Source of the DNA: Balanoglossus misakiensis
Taxonomy: Eukaryota > Animalia > Hemichordata
Direction of reading: 5' to 3'
Assembly: GCA_040954595.2 (NCBI GenBank)
Contig: CM082598.2
Location: 4,157,737-4,221,736 of the forward strand
Length of the DNA: 64,000 nt
Numbering within the stretch: the stretch's first letter is position 1; each line of letters opens with the position of its first letter. The notes beneath the pieces were generated by a model, which was not told the origin of the DNA, did no database searches, and saw only the letters and a list, made by a program, of their open reading frames with translations. The position numbers and the translations under genes are program-made. Shown here piece after piece: positions 30,574 through 42,107 of the stretch.

Positions 30574-32856
30574 GTGTTTGTTTGTTTCCTTCCTCCCTTT
30601 ATTTGTTCTTTCCTGCCTTCATTCATTCATTCATTCATTCATTCATTCATTCATTCATTCATTCGTTCATTCATTCATTCTCTGTTCTCTCTTTCCTTCC
30701 TTCCTTCCTTTCTTTCTTTCTTTCTTTCTTTCCTCCCATCCTGCCTTCTGGCCGTGTTTTGTTCCATTTCTGTGGTCATAGACAAAGGACAAACACTGAT
30801 CATATAACACCACAGTGCAGCGAGGTAAGATTTATACTGCTGCAAGTATGAGTCCAGTAAGATGCTATCAAATTGAATTGTTTTGACACACACAGTGTCT
30901 GTCCTCCAGCTAGCGTTTCATTATCAAACACACTTTCTATTAAAGGTCTTCCCTGCAATCAACCCATTCCACCGGATGATGGATTTATACGGAACTTGCA
31001 CCGCTCCTATCCCGCCGGAAGTCAAATTCGCTTCAAATGCAATCCCGGATTCGTCTTAGAGGGAGCTACGAGAACAACTTGCCACGCTGGGCACTGGAAC
31101 ACACCATCTCCTGTTTGTACAAGTAAGAAGTTTCGATATGTTTGAAAAGGGATATAACGTTGACATTGAACTGAAAATGCCGGCCCCCAGTGTTTCATTC
31201 AGGATATTGTATGAACAGGGGGAGATACTGTAAAACACTTTATTTTCGCGAGCAATTAATTTTCGCCAAATACGCGAGAGCCAAAATAGCGGGAAAATAA
31301 AAAGTCACGTAAATTGTTTTTGAAGATAACGATGCAGTGAATGAAATAAGAGAACGCGAAAATTAATACTCGCGAAACAGTGGCCTCTCTCGATATTGCG
31401 AAAAATTTAACTTGCGAAGTGTTTTACAGTGTGTCCCCCTCTGCCAGAATATTTGAGGGGGATTCCAATCTGGCAAGGGGGGACTGTAATATCTTCAACA
31501 TATGAATGACATTATTTTAAGGGGCACTGGTCCCCCCCTTGACAAATTGCTAGGGGGTGCCATCATGTCAATAGGGGTGAATCCCCCCCCCCATCTAGAT
31601 CAAACACTCCTATTGGAGTTTTGCTGTGCATTTTTCTAACCCACTTTCCCCGCCTCTTGTTCTAGTTGATGTCACGTGTCCTGACCCCGACGCGCTGGTA
31701 GAGGGCAGCGGACTCAGCGATGGGATACTGCAGTACCAGTCGCGTACGAACGATACACGCTCAATGAACTCGGTCTACGTTGTTGGCAGCAGGCTGCAGT
31801 TTTCTTGCATCACCGGTTACAAGTTGGAGGGGGACAGCCAACTCACATGCTTGGAGAATGGAACCTGGTCGAGTGACATGCCACAGTGTGAAGGTGACTG
31901 GCTTTCTCATTACTAAGTGCTTACATTAAAGCGCGTAGCTCGTCTCACGCGCATGCGCGTAACTTCCCAGGAAATTTTCCCTGCAATGCATTCAAATAGT
32001 GGACTGCCTTCGCTTCCTTCCACATTTCATGCGCACCTAATAAGTAGATTCTGGTTTTGTCCCTCCTTTTCACCCAAGCTAGTGTCTTTTCCCGATCTCC
32101 GACACAGATTAAGGTCGCCGCCAGCTTGTGTGAGCACTGCCTTATGGGATTGACTGTTCACTGAACGTCTGTAACCAGCGGCTACAGTTAGAACATGCGT
32201 GTGAGACGAGCTATGCGCTTTAAAGATATACGGTCACCTATGCAAATTTAGCTACAGTTACCATGGCAAATTGAGATCTAACCAATCACAGATTTTCAGT
32301 GGGTGGCACACGCGAAAAAAATAGCGCCACCATGTGTTCTTTAGGACACTTAAAACTCCGTTTCTGACATATATGGGCGTATGTAAATTGGAGGTGACTG
32401 TATACCTTTAAAGACTGCAGTAGTCAAATTGGCAAAGTTCGACGTTCGTATCTCTGGCTATTTCAGCTATGTATGGCGATATGTGAATTGGAGGTGACTG
32501 AATACCTTTAAAACTCCACTGGCTGTAAGTTTTGCTATGTTTTTTTTTGCAGTTGTGTTTAGTGTGTCCTGTAGTTTCTTGTTCAAATCCCCGATACCAA
32601 AAACATGCCCACTATCCAGCTAATTAACACAATCTGCTTTAATCTGCTTTCTGCTTTCATAAGATTATGGCTGCCTGCCGCCCATGGAGGAGATCACCAA
32701 CGGCAACTCAACCTCTGAAAACAGACTGTACGGTCATGGCGAGAAGATTGTATATCGATGCAACACCGGATATTACGTCAGGGGAGACAGTTGGAGGCTT
32801 TGCAATGGTCGCTATGGAGTATGGAATGGAAGAACACCCACATGTCACAGTATGTA

Positions 32857-32887
<31 letters not shown>

Positions 32888-34890
32888 ATGTATGTATGTA
32901 TGTATGTATGTATGTATGTATGTATGTATGTATGTACTATGTATGTATGTATGTAGGTATGTATGTACTGTAAAACTGGTTATTTTCGCGAAGGAAACAT
33001 TCGCGATATCAAAAGAGGCAACTGTTACGCCAGGATTAATTTTTGCATTAATTTAATTTACTGCATCCATTTTCATGTTTTTTTTGGCTCTCGCGTATTT
33101 TGCGAAAATTTATTGCTCGCAAAAATAACCCATTTTACAGTATGTATGTATGTATGTATGTATGTATGTATGTATGTATGTATGTATGTATGTATGTATG
33201 TACGTACGTATGTACGTACGTATGTATGTATGTATGTATGTATGTATGTATGTATGAAAACATTCAGTGTCTTTTTTTCTTCCAGAAATTCGATGTCCGA
33301 CTCCTAGTGTGATTGAAAATGGCAGACGAACGGGTAACTCCTACAACATAGGTGACGTTGTGAATTTCCGTTGCTACGGTGGCTATCGTCTGCTGGGATC
33401 GGCAAGTCGTACCTGTATGGAAAATGGACGCTGGAATGGAACCCTGGCAGTCTGTGACAATGGAGGTAAAAGATGGTGTTGCTCGGATTATTTAATATGA
33501 GTAGGTCAGGTAATCGGAACAGCACATATTTTTTTCATTTGGCCTTATACATGCATGTATAGGGATAAACTGTGTTACCGCCATCTTGAAAATTTGCAGT
33601 GCATTGTGGGTAAAATTAGTTCCGGTTGGGGGGGAGTAGCGTCTACAATCTATCCAATTTTCCAGCGGTTTTGTCAGAATTTCTTCAAGTTACGTTAGTA
33701 GTAGTAGTTACATGAAGAAAATCTGACTGAACCGCTGGAAAATGGATAGATTGTAGACGCTACTCCCCCCCAACTGGAACTAATTTTACCCACAACGCAC
33801 TGCAAATTTTCAAGATGGCGGTAACACAGTTTATCCCTATATATGTTATTTAGCCACCCATTGTCCGAATCCGGGAATTCCCATGAACGCACGAAAAAAT
33901 GGACGAGGGTACAACTTTGGGAACAAAGTCAGCTACACATGCAGCCATGGGTACCACCCAATGGGTTCATCGAAGCGACATTGCCTCGCCGACGGTAGCT
34001 GGTCTGGACAGGAATTTACCTGTGAAGGCAAGTGACCAATACTGTAAAACACTTTATTTTCGCGAGCAATACATTTTCGCGAAATACGCTAGAGCCAAAA
34101 GAGCGGGAAAATAAAAAGTCTCGTAATTTTTTTTGAAGATAACGATGCAGTGAATGAAATAAGAGAACAAGAAAATTAATACTCACGAAACAGTGGCCTC
34201 TCTCGATATTGCGAAAATTCTAACTGGTGAAAATAAAGTGTTTTACAGTATTACTGGGTGTGTTTAGGCCAGTGCTCTACCCGAGTGATCAAAATCGCGC
34301 CCTCACTGTCAAAATATGACATATTGTTCTCATCACGTTCAAAAGAAACGAAAGAAACTTTGTTCCCAACCTGGTGGTCGTGATCATCGTCGTCGCTACA
34401 AATATATCACTTTTTTTTATTATCTTGAAATTCTACAAGATGATATTATATTTTACATCAATGTACTCCCCCCCCCCCCCTCCCCCCAGCCAATGCGTTC
34501 AGTACAGTCCATGCCATTGGTTCGATTTGAAATCTGGTCACATGACTAATCTTAATGCCATTTTCACCCTCTCTATCCAATAGATCCCTACAGTTTCGAC
34601 GATATAAACGAGGCGGCTATCAAACTGTTCCGGCAGGTGAATTCTCTGAAGCTGCAATCGAACCACATACAGCCTCGCGGTAGAATCCTCAGCTTTGAAG
34701 AAGGGAGAGCCACATACATTTATTTCGCGTTTGACGCCTCTGGCAGTGTTGGGCGGGACAATTTCAACCTGGCGGTTAAGTTCGCTCAGCAACTTGTGCG
34801 ACAGGTCTGTTTGTCTGTCTGTCTCTCTGTCTGTATGTATGTAGCGCTATGTACCTTATGTATGTATGTATGTGTGTATGTATGTATGTA

Positions 34891-34923
<33 letters not shown>

Positions 34924-37900
34924 CTGTCTGTATGTATGTATGTATGTATAATGTATGTACAAAAATGTATGTATGTATGTATGTATGTATGTATGTATGT
35001 ATGTATGTATGTATGTATGTATAATGTATGTACAAAAATGTACAATGTATGTATGTATGTATGTATGTATGTATGTATGTATGTATGTATAATGTATGTA
35101 CAAAAATGTATGTATGTATGTATGTATGTATATATGTATGTATAATGTATGTACAAAAATGTACAATGTATGTATGTATGTATGTATGTATTTATGTATG
35201 TATGTATGTATGTATGTATGTATGTGAGATTAGGAACTTCTTTAACCAAAACATATAAACATATCATGCGGTAATTTCGATTTTAACCCATAATTATAAC
35301 ATGCCATTCATACTGACAAATGCATATACATTGACAATGGTATAATTTGACGAATTATCAAATCTTACCTTTTTGGAGATCACGCTTCAAGAGAATATAC
35401 AACAACAAATAAGTCTTCTTTTCATTTACAGGTTGGAGTGTCCGGCGCGCCGTATGGTGTTCGTATTGGAGCATTGTCGTTTGCATCTAAGCCAAAGCCT
35501 TATTTCTCTGCCAGTGATGACTATGCACTGACAACAGAAACTGCAATCGCAGAACTGGATAAAATCAGCTATGATGGTAAGGCGAGGGTTTAGTCATATT
35601 CATGCTTATCAAAATCGTCTGCGTTTTCGCAATCTAGAATTGGGAGGAGTGGAGTGGTGATAGCTTACCTTAAAGGGACATAAGCTTTAACTTTTGGCCA
35701 CATTTTTATAATAATGTTGTTCTGTGTACCAAATGCAATGTAATACATGCTAATACCGGTGTATGCTAATATACGCTATGTCTACAGTATTTTGCTTTGT
35801 GTATCTATTGTAATTGTTCAAATCCTTTTAATTCAAGTCCGGACTACAATTCATTTGTCAACAAAACAGTTACACATATAAATGTATGTCGACAAGTGAA
35901 GTACTGGGTACATTAGCATGCTGTTTGGAGTAGAACAAGAAATTGCACTTGGTACACAAAACAAAAATACTGGAAAGCCAAAAGTTACAGGTAATGGCCC
36001 CTTGATACTAGTATTTGCCTTGTATTTGTTTGTTTGTTTTTGTTTGCTTATTGTTTGTCTTAATCTTCAGATCATGGTGACCACAGAGGAACTGCTACAA
36101 CACTTGCTTTGGTGGAATTGACTGAAGTCATGATTCCATTGGACATGGCACGTCTCCAAAATGACAATGCCAGGAAAGTCTTATTTCTCATCACAGACGG
36201 TACGTATTTAGTCTTGGCTGAAGCACGATTTCTGTCGCAGACTGGTCGCCGCCATCTTGTCTGTTGTCAGGACAGCACACTGCCTTATGCCATTGGCTGT
36301 ATACAATTTTTTTAAAACCAGAGTCTCTGGTTTAGCACATGCACATAAGATGATCGTCGCCCTTTAAAGCATGCAGATGAAGATTCAAATTTATTCTCAC
36401 CAAACAGTCTGATAAAGATAACTCTGATATTCTAAATTCCATAATTAAAAGAAAAGACAATAGTATTTGACGACTGTAGGTTCTCCTTATACAAAGCTGA
36501 CCAGTAATACACCCTATACATTGACATTTCATGCGAATACTTTTTCTCGTGCGTAGTTTATGTTACAGGACGTCTGTTTATTTAATCGCAAATTTCTAAA
36601 AAAGTTATATTATACATCTTACATCTCCGTTAGTTCTTGTGTTGTATGTTACTTGGCTTTCAAAACGCCCAAAATGCTGATACAATCGATCGAAAAACCG
36701 CTCAGTTGTCTCAGTGAGCAGCCATCTTTCTTTTTTGTTTATGTGCGTTGGAGTGGGGGTGTCTTGAAACCGTCCGCGTAACAACGCGTACCTGTACACA
36801 GTGAGTTGGGGCGCCTTGAAACTTAAGGCGTATTTAACACGCGTTCCGTACGTACCGTTCCGTACGGCTTTTTTAGTGCACGCTAAATTCTATTGTTCTC
36901 GGTGCCAGATGTATAATAATCATTTTCATTTTCAGGCGTATCAAATATGGGTGGCAATCCGAGTGAAGAAGCAACCAGACTGAAAGACGACCATGGCGTG
37001 GATATTCATTGTATCGGGATAGGTCCCAGAGTTGATCGAGAGCAACTGGCTACCCTCGTCTCCGAACCCAAAGAAGAACATTTGTTTCTGTTGTCTGATT
37101 ATGACCACCTAGAATATCTGGTACAGGCCATGTTCAAAGGGGCGGAAATTGGTAAGATTGAGTTTTTGTTTTTACATTTACAGTCGCAAAAGTTTAATCT
37201 GTAATGTTGCCTGAGTGAAAATTGCAACATTTACAACAGTTACGTCTGCGTTATTTTTAGCTTCTAAGCCTTGCTCAATACAATTTCCTTATCTCTAGTG
37301 GCTAATGTCAATGCGTCCTGGTGTACGCGTCCATCATTGTCTGTGCGTAATTATGGTCAGAAAGGCGTAAAATACGCAGGATTTTGCGTTAACGGAACCA
37401 CTGCCAAATCCCAGGGGGTAAACGACAATACTGGCAAGTGTATTTGTATTTGCAAATGTAATTTTGCCGTTACAGATTACTCGACGTGTGGCCGAGGAGG
37501 AGCTGGGCTGAAATCACAGAGAAGTAGTCGTGGCAGGATAGCCGCCGGCGAGGGCGCTGCTCCACGGTCATGGCCGTGGCAAGCCGCCATTTACATTAAT
37601 TCACAGTTTGGATCGGGCAGGGCGTCGGCCCCGGGAAACGTGAGTACATACATAGAGGGCGCTGTTACGTTGAGATTTTTAAATTTCTGACAATTTTGCT
37701 GTCTCAAATTTTCCAAGGTGAACCGTCCCATTTTCCTCGATTTTAGAGAGAATAGTCTGAAATTGTCCTGAGAATAATATGAGAAAACATTTATGGTTTT
37801 GATTTTAAACGTCAAGGCACCATAAGAAAATCGCAGAAATAATTGACGCTGTAGTTTTCAGCCCCGGGAAACTTGGTTTGGCATTTGCTACCTCTCTTGA

Positions 37901-39658
37901 AGTTTCTCGAACTTCTACCCACTTCAATCAACAACAACAACAACAGCAAAGCATGGCAGATATAGAGCAGTAGCCCCTATATCTGCTTTGATTTAGCAAA
38001 AGAAGAGGATTTAACATCATAATTCAAATTACTGCTTTTTTAAGTTGTGAAATTGTTTTAAGTATATTTGTTATTTCGATGCCACTTGAGATAAACTTAC
38101 ACACAGCACATGAGGTAATTCAGTTTACCGTATATCTTGTTTCTATTTTTATTATCTTCCAGTATGTCTTTTTTCAATGCGGCGGTTCCCTCATCAGTAG
38201 ACGATGGGTCTTATCGGCAGCACATTGTTTTATCCACAAGAAGGCTGAGAATAATATGTGGGCCAGAAATGTTCAAGTCAGACTCGGTAAGATGCAACCA
38301 TCAGTGGGTTTATACTTGACATACTGTAAAACACTTTATTTTCGCGAGCAATTAATTTTCGCCTAATACGCGAGAGCCAAAATAGCGTGAAAATAAAAAG
38401 TCGCGTAAATTGTTTTTGAAGATAACGATGCAGTGAATGAAATAAGAGAACGCGAAAATTAATACTCGCGAAACAGTGGCCTCTCTCGATGTCGCGAAAA
38501 ATTTAACTCGCGAAAATAAAGTGTTTCGTTGAGGTGTGAAGCAGACGACCAGAGCATGCGCATTTCCCTAGTGTTGTTTTATTAGATGCCAGACTAGTCG
38601 AGTCGCCTGCTGGATTCTAAAGAACTGCCTGGGCTGTGGTAGATGTTTCAAGTACTTGCTACTTCATGTACATTTGGAGTTTCTGAGTAGCTGTGCGTGT
38701 ACATAACTGTGTGCATGCATGTGGTATATGTAACATATTTGGAATATAGCAGTCCTGTCGGTAACCATGACATTTAGTCTGACGGCAATGTGACATATGA
38801 AATGTGATTCTCATTTTAGGCATAACTGATCGAAAGAATGATGTTAACACAAAACAAGCCCAGATTATAGAAGTGGACCGCCTCATCCCCCACGAGAGCT
38901 TCACCCTGGAAAGTAACATATACGACTACGACATTGCACTGTTGCGTCTCAAGCATGACGTCCAACTCAACGAGTTTGTGAGAACTGTGTGTCTGCCTGA
39001 CACCAATGAGTTTGATGTGCCCCGTAAGTATGTCACGATTTCTTCCTCACCCCATAGACCCAAAACTAAAGTGATGTTACAGTGATTCTTATGTTTACAT
39101 GTATGTTAAAGTATAGGGTGAATCACTGTTTCTAGTTAATGTTCGCAACAATACTGTAACACTTGGAGTGGGTCTACATTTGCAGGCGAACTCGTAGTTC
39201 CGAATGAAGTTGGAACAGTGACTGGATGGGGTCATAACACAACATTACCAGCATCAGCAAGTCGTGGTCAAGTTAAGCACGTTGATGCGTTGCAACAAGT
39301 CACTCTCCCCTTTCGGGGCCGACAGACATGCTCCGACTCTCTCAAACATCCACATACCGATTTCACGACGCGCATGTACTGCGCAGGTCACGGCCGAATT
39401 GTCGGGAACGACACGCTTGTGGCCGACGCCTGTCAGGGCGACTCGGGCGGGCCCATGGTGCGGAAGGTACTCGACGACAGCGACCGCAGCCACCGCTGGG
39501 TACAGACGGGCATAGTCAGCTGGGGCGTAGGCTGTGCCCGTGACGGCCACTATGGTTTCTACACCCACGTGTCGAAGTTAATGGAGTGGATTCGCGAGAA
39601 AATCGGCGATGATGATGTTGACCTTGCCAATCCCGCCAGTGAGGGCAACGAGGAATGA
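29749..39658 (+). CDS. CFB: Complement factor B/C2-like serine protease (~961 aa): signal peptide, 6 CCP, vWA, trypsin-like SP; 15 coding exons
   Basis: Signal exon 29749-29821. CCP exons 29969-30160, 30946-31122, 31666-31893, 32664-32849, 33286-33465 and 33854-34027. vWA exons 34584-34804 (FAFDASGSVG), 35432-35576, 36071-36199 (GTAT...FLITDG) and 36936-37151. Protease exons 37476-37639 (WPWQ), 38163-38286 (LSAAHC), 38820-39023 (YDIALL) and 39186-39658 (DACQGDSGGP). Total 2886 nt in frame. CCP-vWA-SP order is diagnostic of the Bf/C2 family. Confidence 0.93.
30172..30735. repeat. Compound pyrimidine-rich microsatellite (TCTG/TTTC/TTCC/TTCA), internally duplicated
   Basis: Directly visible. 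The same sequence of blocks occurs twice (~30195-30420 and ~30425-30735). Source of spurious ORFs 29970-30851. Confidence 0.95.
31188..31609. mobile_element. Non-autonomous TIR element (CAGTGTTTCAT... family) interrupted by a TA-target MITE at 31228-31429
   Basis: Host matches the uninterrupted copy at 46940-47156. The inner element has termini CTGTAAAACACTT / AAGTGTTTTACAG. Confidence 0.8.
31930..32219. mobile_element. TTAA-target MITE (Kolobok-like termini AG...CT); inverted copy at 42771-43065
   Basis: TTAA|AGCGCGTAGCTCGTCTCACGCGCATG ... CATGCGTGTGAGACGAGCTATGCGCT|TTAA. Confidence 0.85.
32224..32407. mobile_element. Second TTAA-target MITE sharing the TTAA at 32220-32223; inverted copy at 51228-51414
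   Basis: TTAA|AGATATACGGTCACC ... GGTGACTGTATACCT|TTAA. Confidence 0.8.
32850..33256. repeat. (TATG)n microsatellite split by a TA-target MITE (32968-33140)
   Basis: TATG arrays on both sides of TA|CTGTAAAACTGGTTATTTT...AAAATAACCCATTTTACAG|TA. Confidence 0.85.
33562..33837. mobile_element. Near-perfect ~276-bp fold-back (palindromic MITE, TA-flanked) in the CCP5-CCP6 intron
   Basis: GGGATAAACTGTGTTACCGCCATCTTGAAAATTTGCAGTGC... pairs with ...GCACTGCAAATTTTCAAGATGGCGGTAACACAGTTTATCCC; arms ~125-130 bp. Confidence 0.9.
34042..34248. mobile_element. TA-target MITE (CTGTAAAACACTTTATTTTCGCGAG family); other copies at 31228-31429, 38324-38526 (3'-truncated) and 44547-44689
   Basis: TIRs CTGTAAAACACTTTATTTT / AAAATAAAGTGTTTTACAG with flanking TA; the copies share internal sequence. 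Confidence 0.85.
34805..35225. repeat. (TATG)n/(TG)n compound microsatellite
   Basis: Directly visible after the donor at 34805. Confidence 0.95.
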
Positions 39659-40427
39659 CGAAGTAAATGTTGACAACAATCCATTTCGGGAAGCATCTGT
39701 CCCCCTCTTGAAGACCAGTTATCAAGTTTATGCCTAAACCCACATGTCTAAGTCTTCCAAAAACACTCTCTTTTTTTCGCATGGCTTTTTTTACCGTTAT
39801 CGGCTAAACCTCCACAAAGGATAAGTTGGCCGAGATGACTGTATACCTTTATCATGTTCACCAGCAGATGGAACTTCTTCTCAGATCACCTTCAGCCAAT
39901 AGGGTGGCTCTAATGACGTCACTCTCGTCGTTATTTCATCTTGAACTTGGTCAGTGCCGCAGTCGCAGGTTGACTTCGGTCTGGGAGTTCATTATGCACG
40001 TTGCTACATGAAAACATACTAATTATGTATTCTGCTTTATACATACCAGTATAACGCTTATGGAAGGGGACAAACAGCTTTCTCAGTAAACTCGTTCAAT
40101 GTGTAATTCTCTGGTATTAATCTCAGACAGTTTGTTAAAAGTAGAACTGTTTCTGTAATATTCAGATAACTAATATTCCATCAGAAAAAGTTAGTTGAAA
40201 GTTGTACTGTTTCCGAAATATTCAGATAACTACTATCACCTTCAAATATATTCATGTAACCGCATTTCTGTTTTAGCATGTCCCGCATTTGATAAAAGAA
40301 AAGGAAAATGTCCTTCAGCATAATTAAAGGGATTAATTAGGTGTAACATGTGTATTTTATTGTGGGACAGGTGACACTTCATCAGTGGGTATTGTTTAAG
40401 GTTGAACCGGCACCTTATGTGCATTAA

Positions 40428-40772
40428 AGGGACTAAGTCTCTCTCTCGCTGCCCTTTTTCCATTAATTATGTTTGATACAGGACACTGTTTGTTATTGTA
40501 CATGTGGATATATAGTGAGTCAATGTTCGACCACACACAATTTCTGTTTGTAGGATATGAGATGAGCGTAAAAATCTCGCCAAAATGAATAAATGGTAAA
40601 CACTGATTATTCGTTTTGGCGAGTTTTTCACTCTCGTGTCTACAAGTGGGATGGAAGTTGTGTGTGGTCGAACGTTGATTCACTATATATCCACATGTAG
40701 AATAACATAAACAGTGTATTGTATCAAACATAATTAATGGAAAACGGGCAGTGAGAGAGAGACTTTGTCACT
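40428..40772. mobile_element. TTAA-flanked MITE with long (~120-bp) TIRs between the Bf and lectin genes
   Basis: TTAA|AGGGACTAAGTCTCTCTCTCGCTGCCC..TTCCATTAATTATGTTTGATACA versus TGTATCAAACATAATTAATGGAAAACGGGCAGTGAGAGAGAGACTTTGTCACT|TTAA. Confidence 0.85.
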
Positions 40773-42107
40773 TTAACACGTGAAATAGGGAGCGTTCTTG
40801 CGCTATCGCCTACCTTGAAAGCAGGCGTCATAAAATTGACAGTTGGAAAACATTTGCTCATTAGAGTAAAGTGGTCGTTATCAGCAATCGTTGCACAAAG
40901 AAAAGCTAATGAAGTGTCACAAACTCAAATGTCACATCTGTGGTTGTATTCTCATTATCCTGCCACCAGGGCTCCTGCCAGCAACAAACAAATTTCATAA
41001 AATATTCGCATCGCCCCCCTTGGATTGTCATCATGATCTCCACAGTTAGAATAAACAACAAACAAAGCAAACAAAAACCAAAATTCATTGCAACAACGTA
41101 TCTTGTGTTTGACAGGAGGCCAGAAATGTAAAAGCACCTTTTTCAGTCTTTTTTATAATGCTGGTATTTGCACTGGGAAAGTTTTCACATTCCATATCTT
41201 TATATGTAGAGTTTTGAAAAAAAAAGATGATGCTCATAGTTGAAATGTTCACAAAATCTGCCGAAAGAGATGCTTTGTCCAACAAAGTTATTTCTTTAGA
41301 TACATCTTTAGATGTTTGTTCTCGCATTGAGAGTGCGTTCAACACTCAACCCATATTATCGACCTTCTCACTCCTGTTTTCTCTATATTTTGTTATCATT
41401 CAGTCACAGATGTATAAAGTGCGTAAGAATTTGGAAACATTACAATAGATATTAATAATGATTAGTCACTGTGACATTGAATAATAATTAATATATTGGT
41501 CACATATGGCACAAGCATATTGATGAGGTTCGCTATTAGTATATATATAGTCCTGGTTTTAGTCAGAGAACTTACACTTCAAAGACAACACAGGCTGTAG
41601 TTTGATCAAACAAGTAATGTAAGTATATTTGACTTTTTTATCCAAATGTAAATCTATTTGGTTGCAGTTGGTATATGTACTCAATGAGACGAATCCAGGT
41701 TATCATCTTTAGCGTCAGATAATTTTTGAAGATTCTTTTTATTATTAATAGTAGTGTTTTAGGTCCATCACCTTTAGCCGTCGTTTTAGCAAACTGTATT
41801 TTAGATGGGTGGCGAATTTAAAGAATGACAGGCTTCTGTCTTTCAAATTTTAAATTATGATTGAATATCGACAAAGTAGATAATTCTCTTTAATTCTGTC
41901 ACCCTTCAAATTTGCCTCAGTCCCATCTTCCTGTTTAGACATGGGAAGGATGCAAACCTCAAACCAGCCTGTTTGTATGCTTTGATGTTGGTTCTGTTGT
42001 GCATGAGTTCTTAAACATGCAGCCATCTATCCACCCAAAACAAACAAACAAACACACATAGTCGTAATTTTGTAAATCATCGTTTCCCTTTTCTTCATTA
42101 CAGGGAA

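Noticed and set aside
29970-30851. 228-293-aa hydrophobic ORFs resembling membrane proteins
   Set aside because: Translations of a stop-free pyrimidine microsatellite in a Bf intron; the real exon is 29969-30160.
34776-35267. YIHT / MYVC repeat ORFs (also 32758-33312, 17460-17796 and 43640-43736)
   Set aside because: (TATG)n, (TG)n and (GTATT)n microsatellites.
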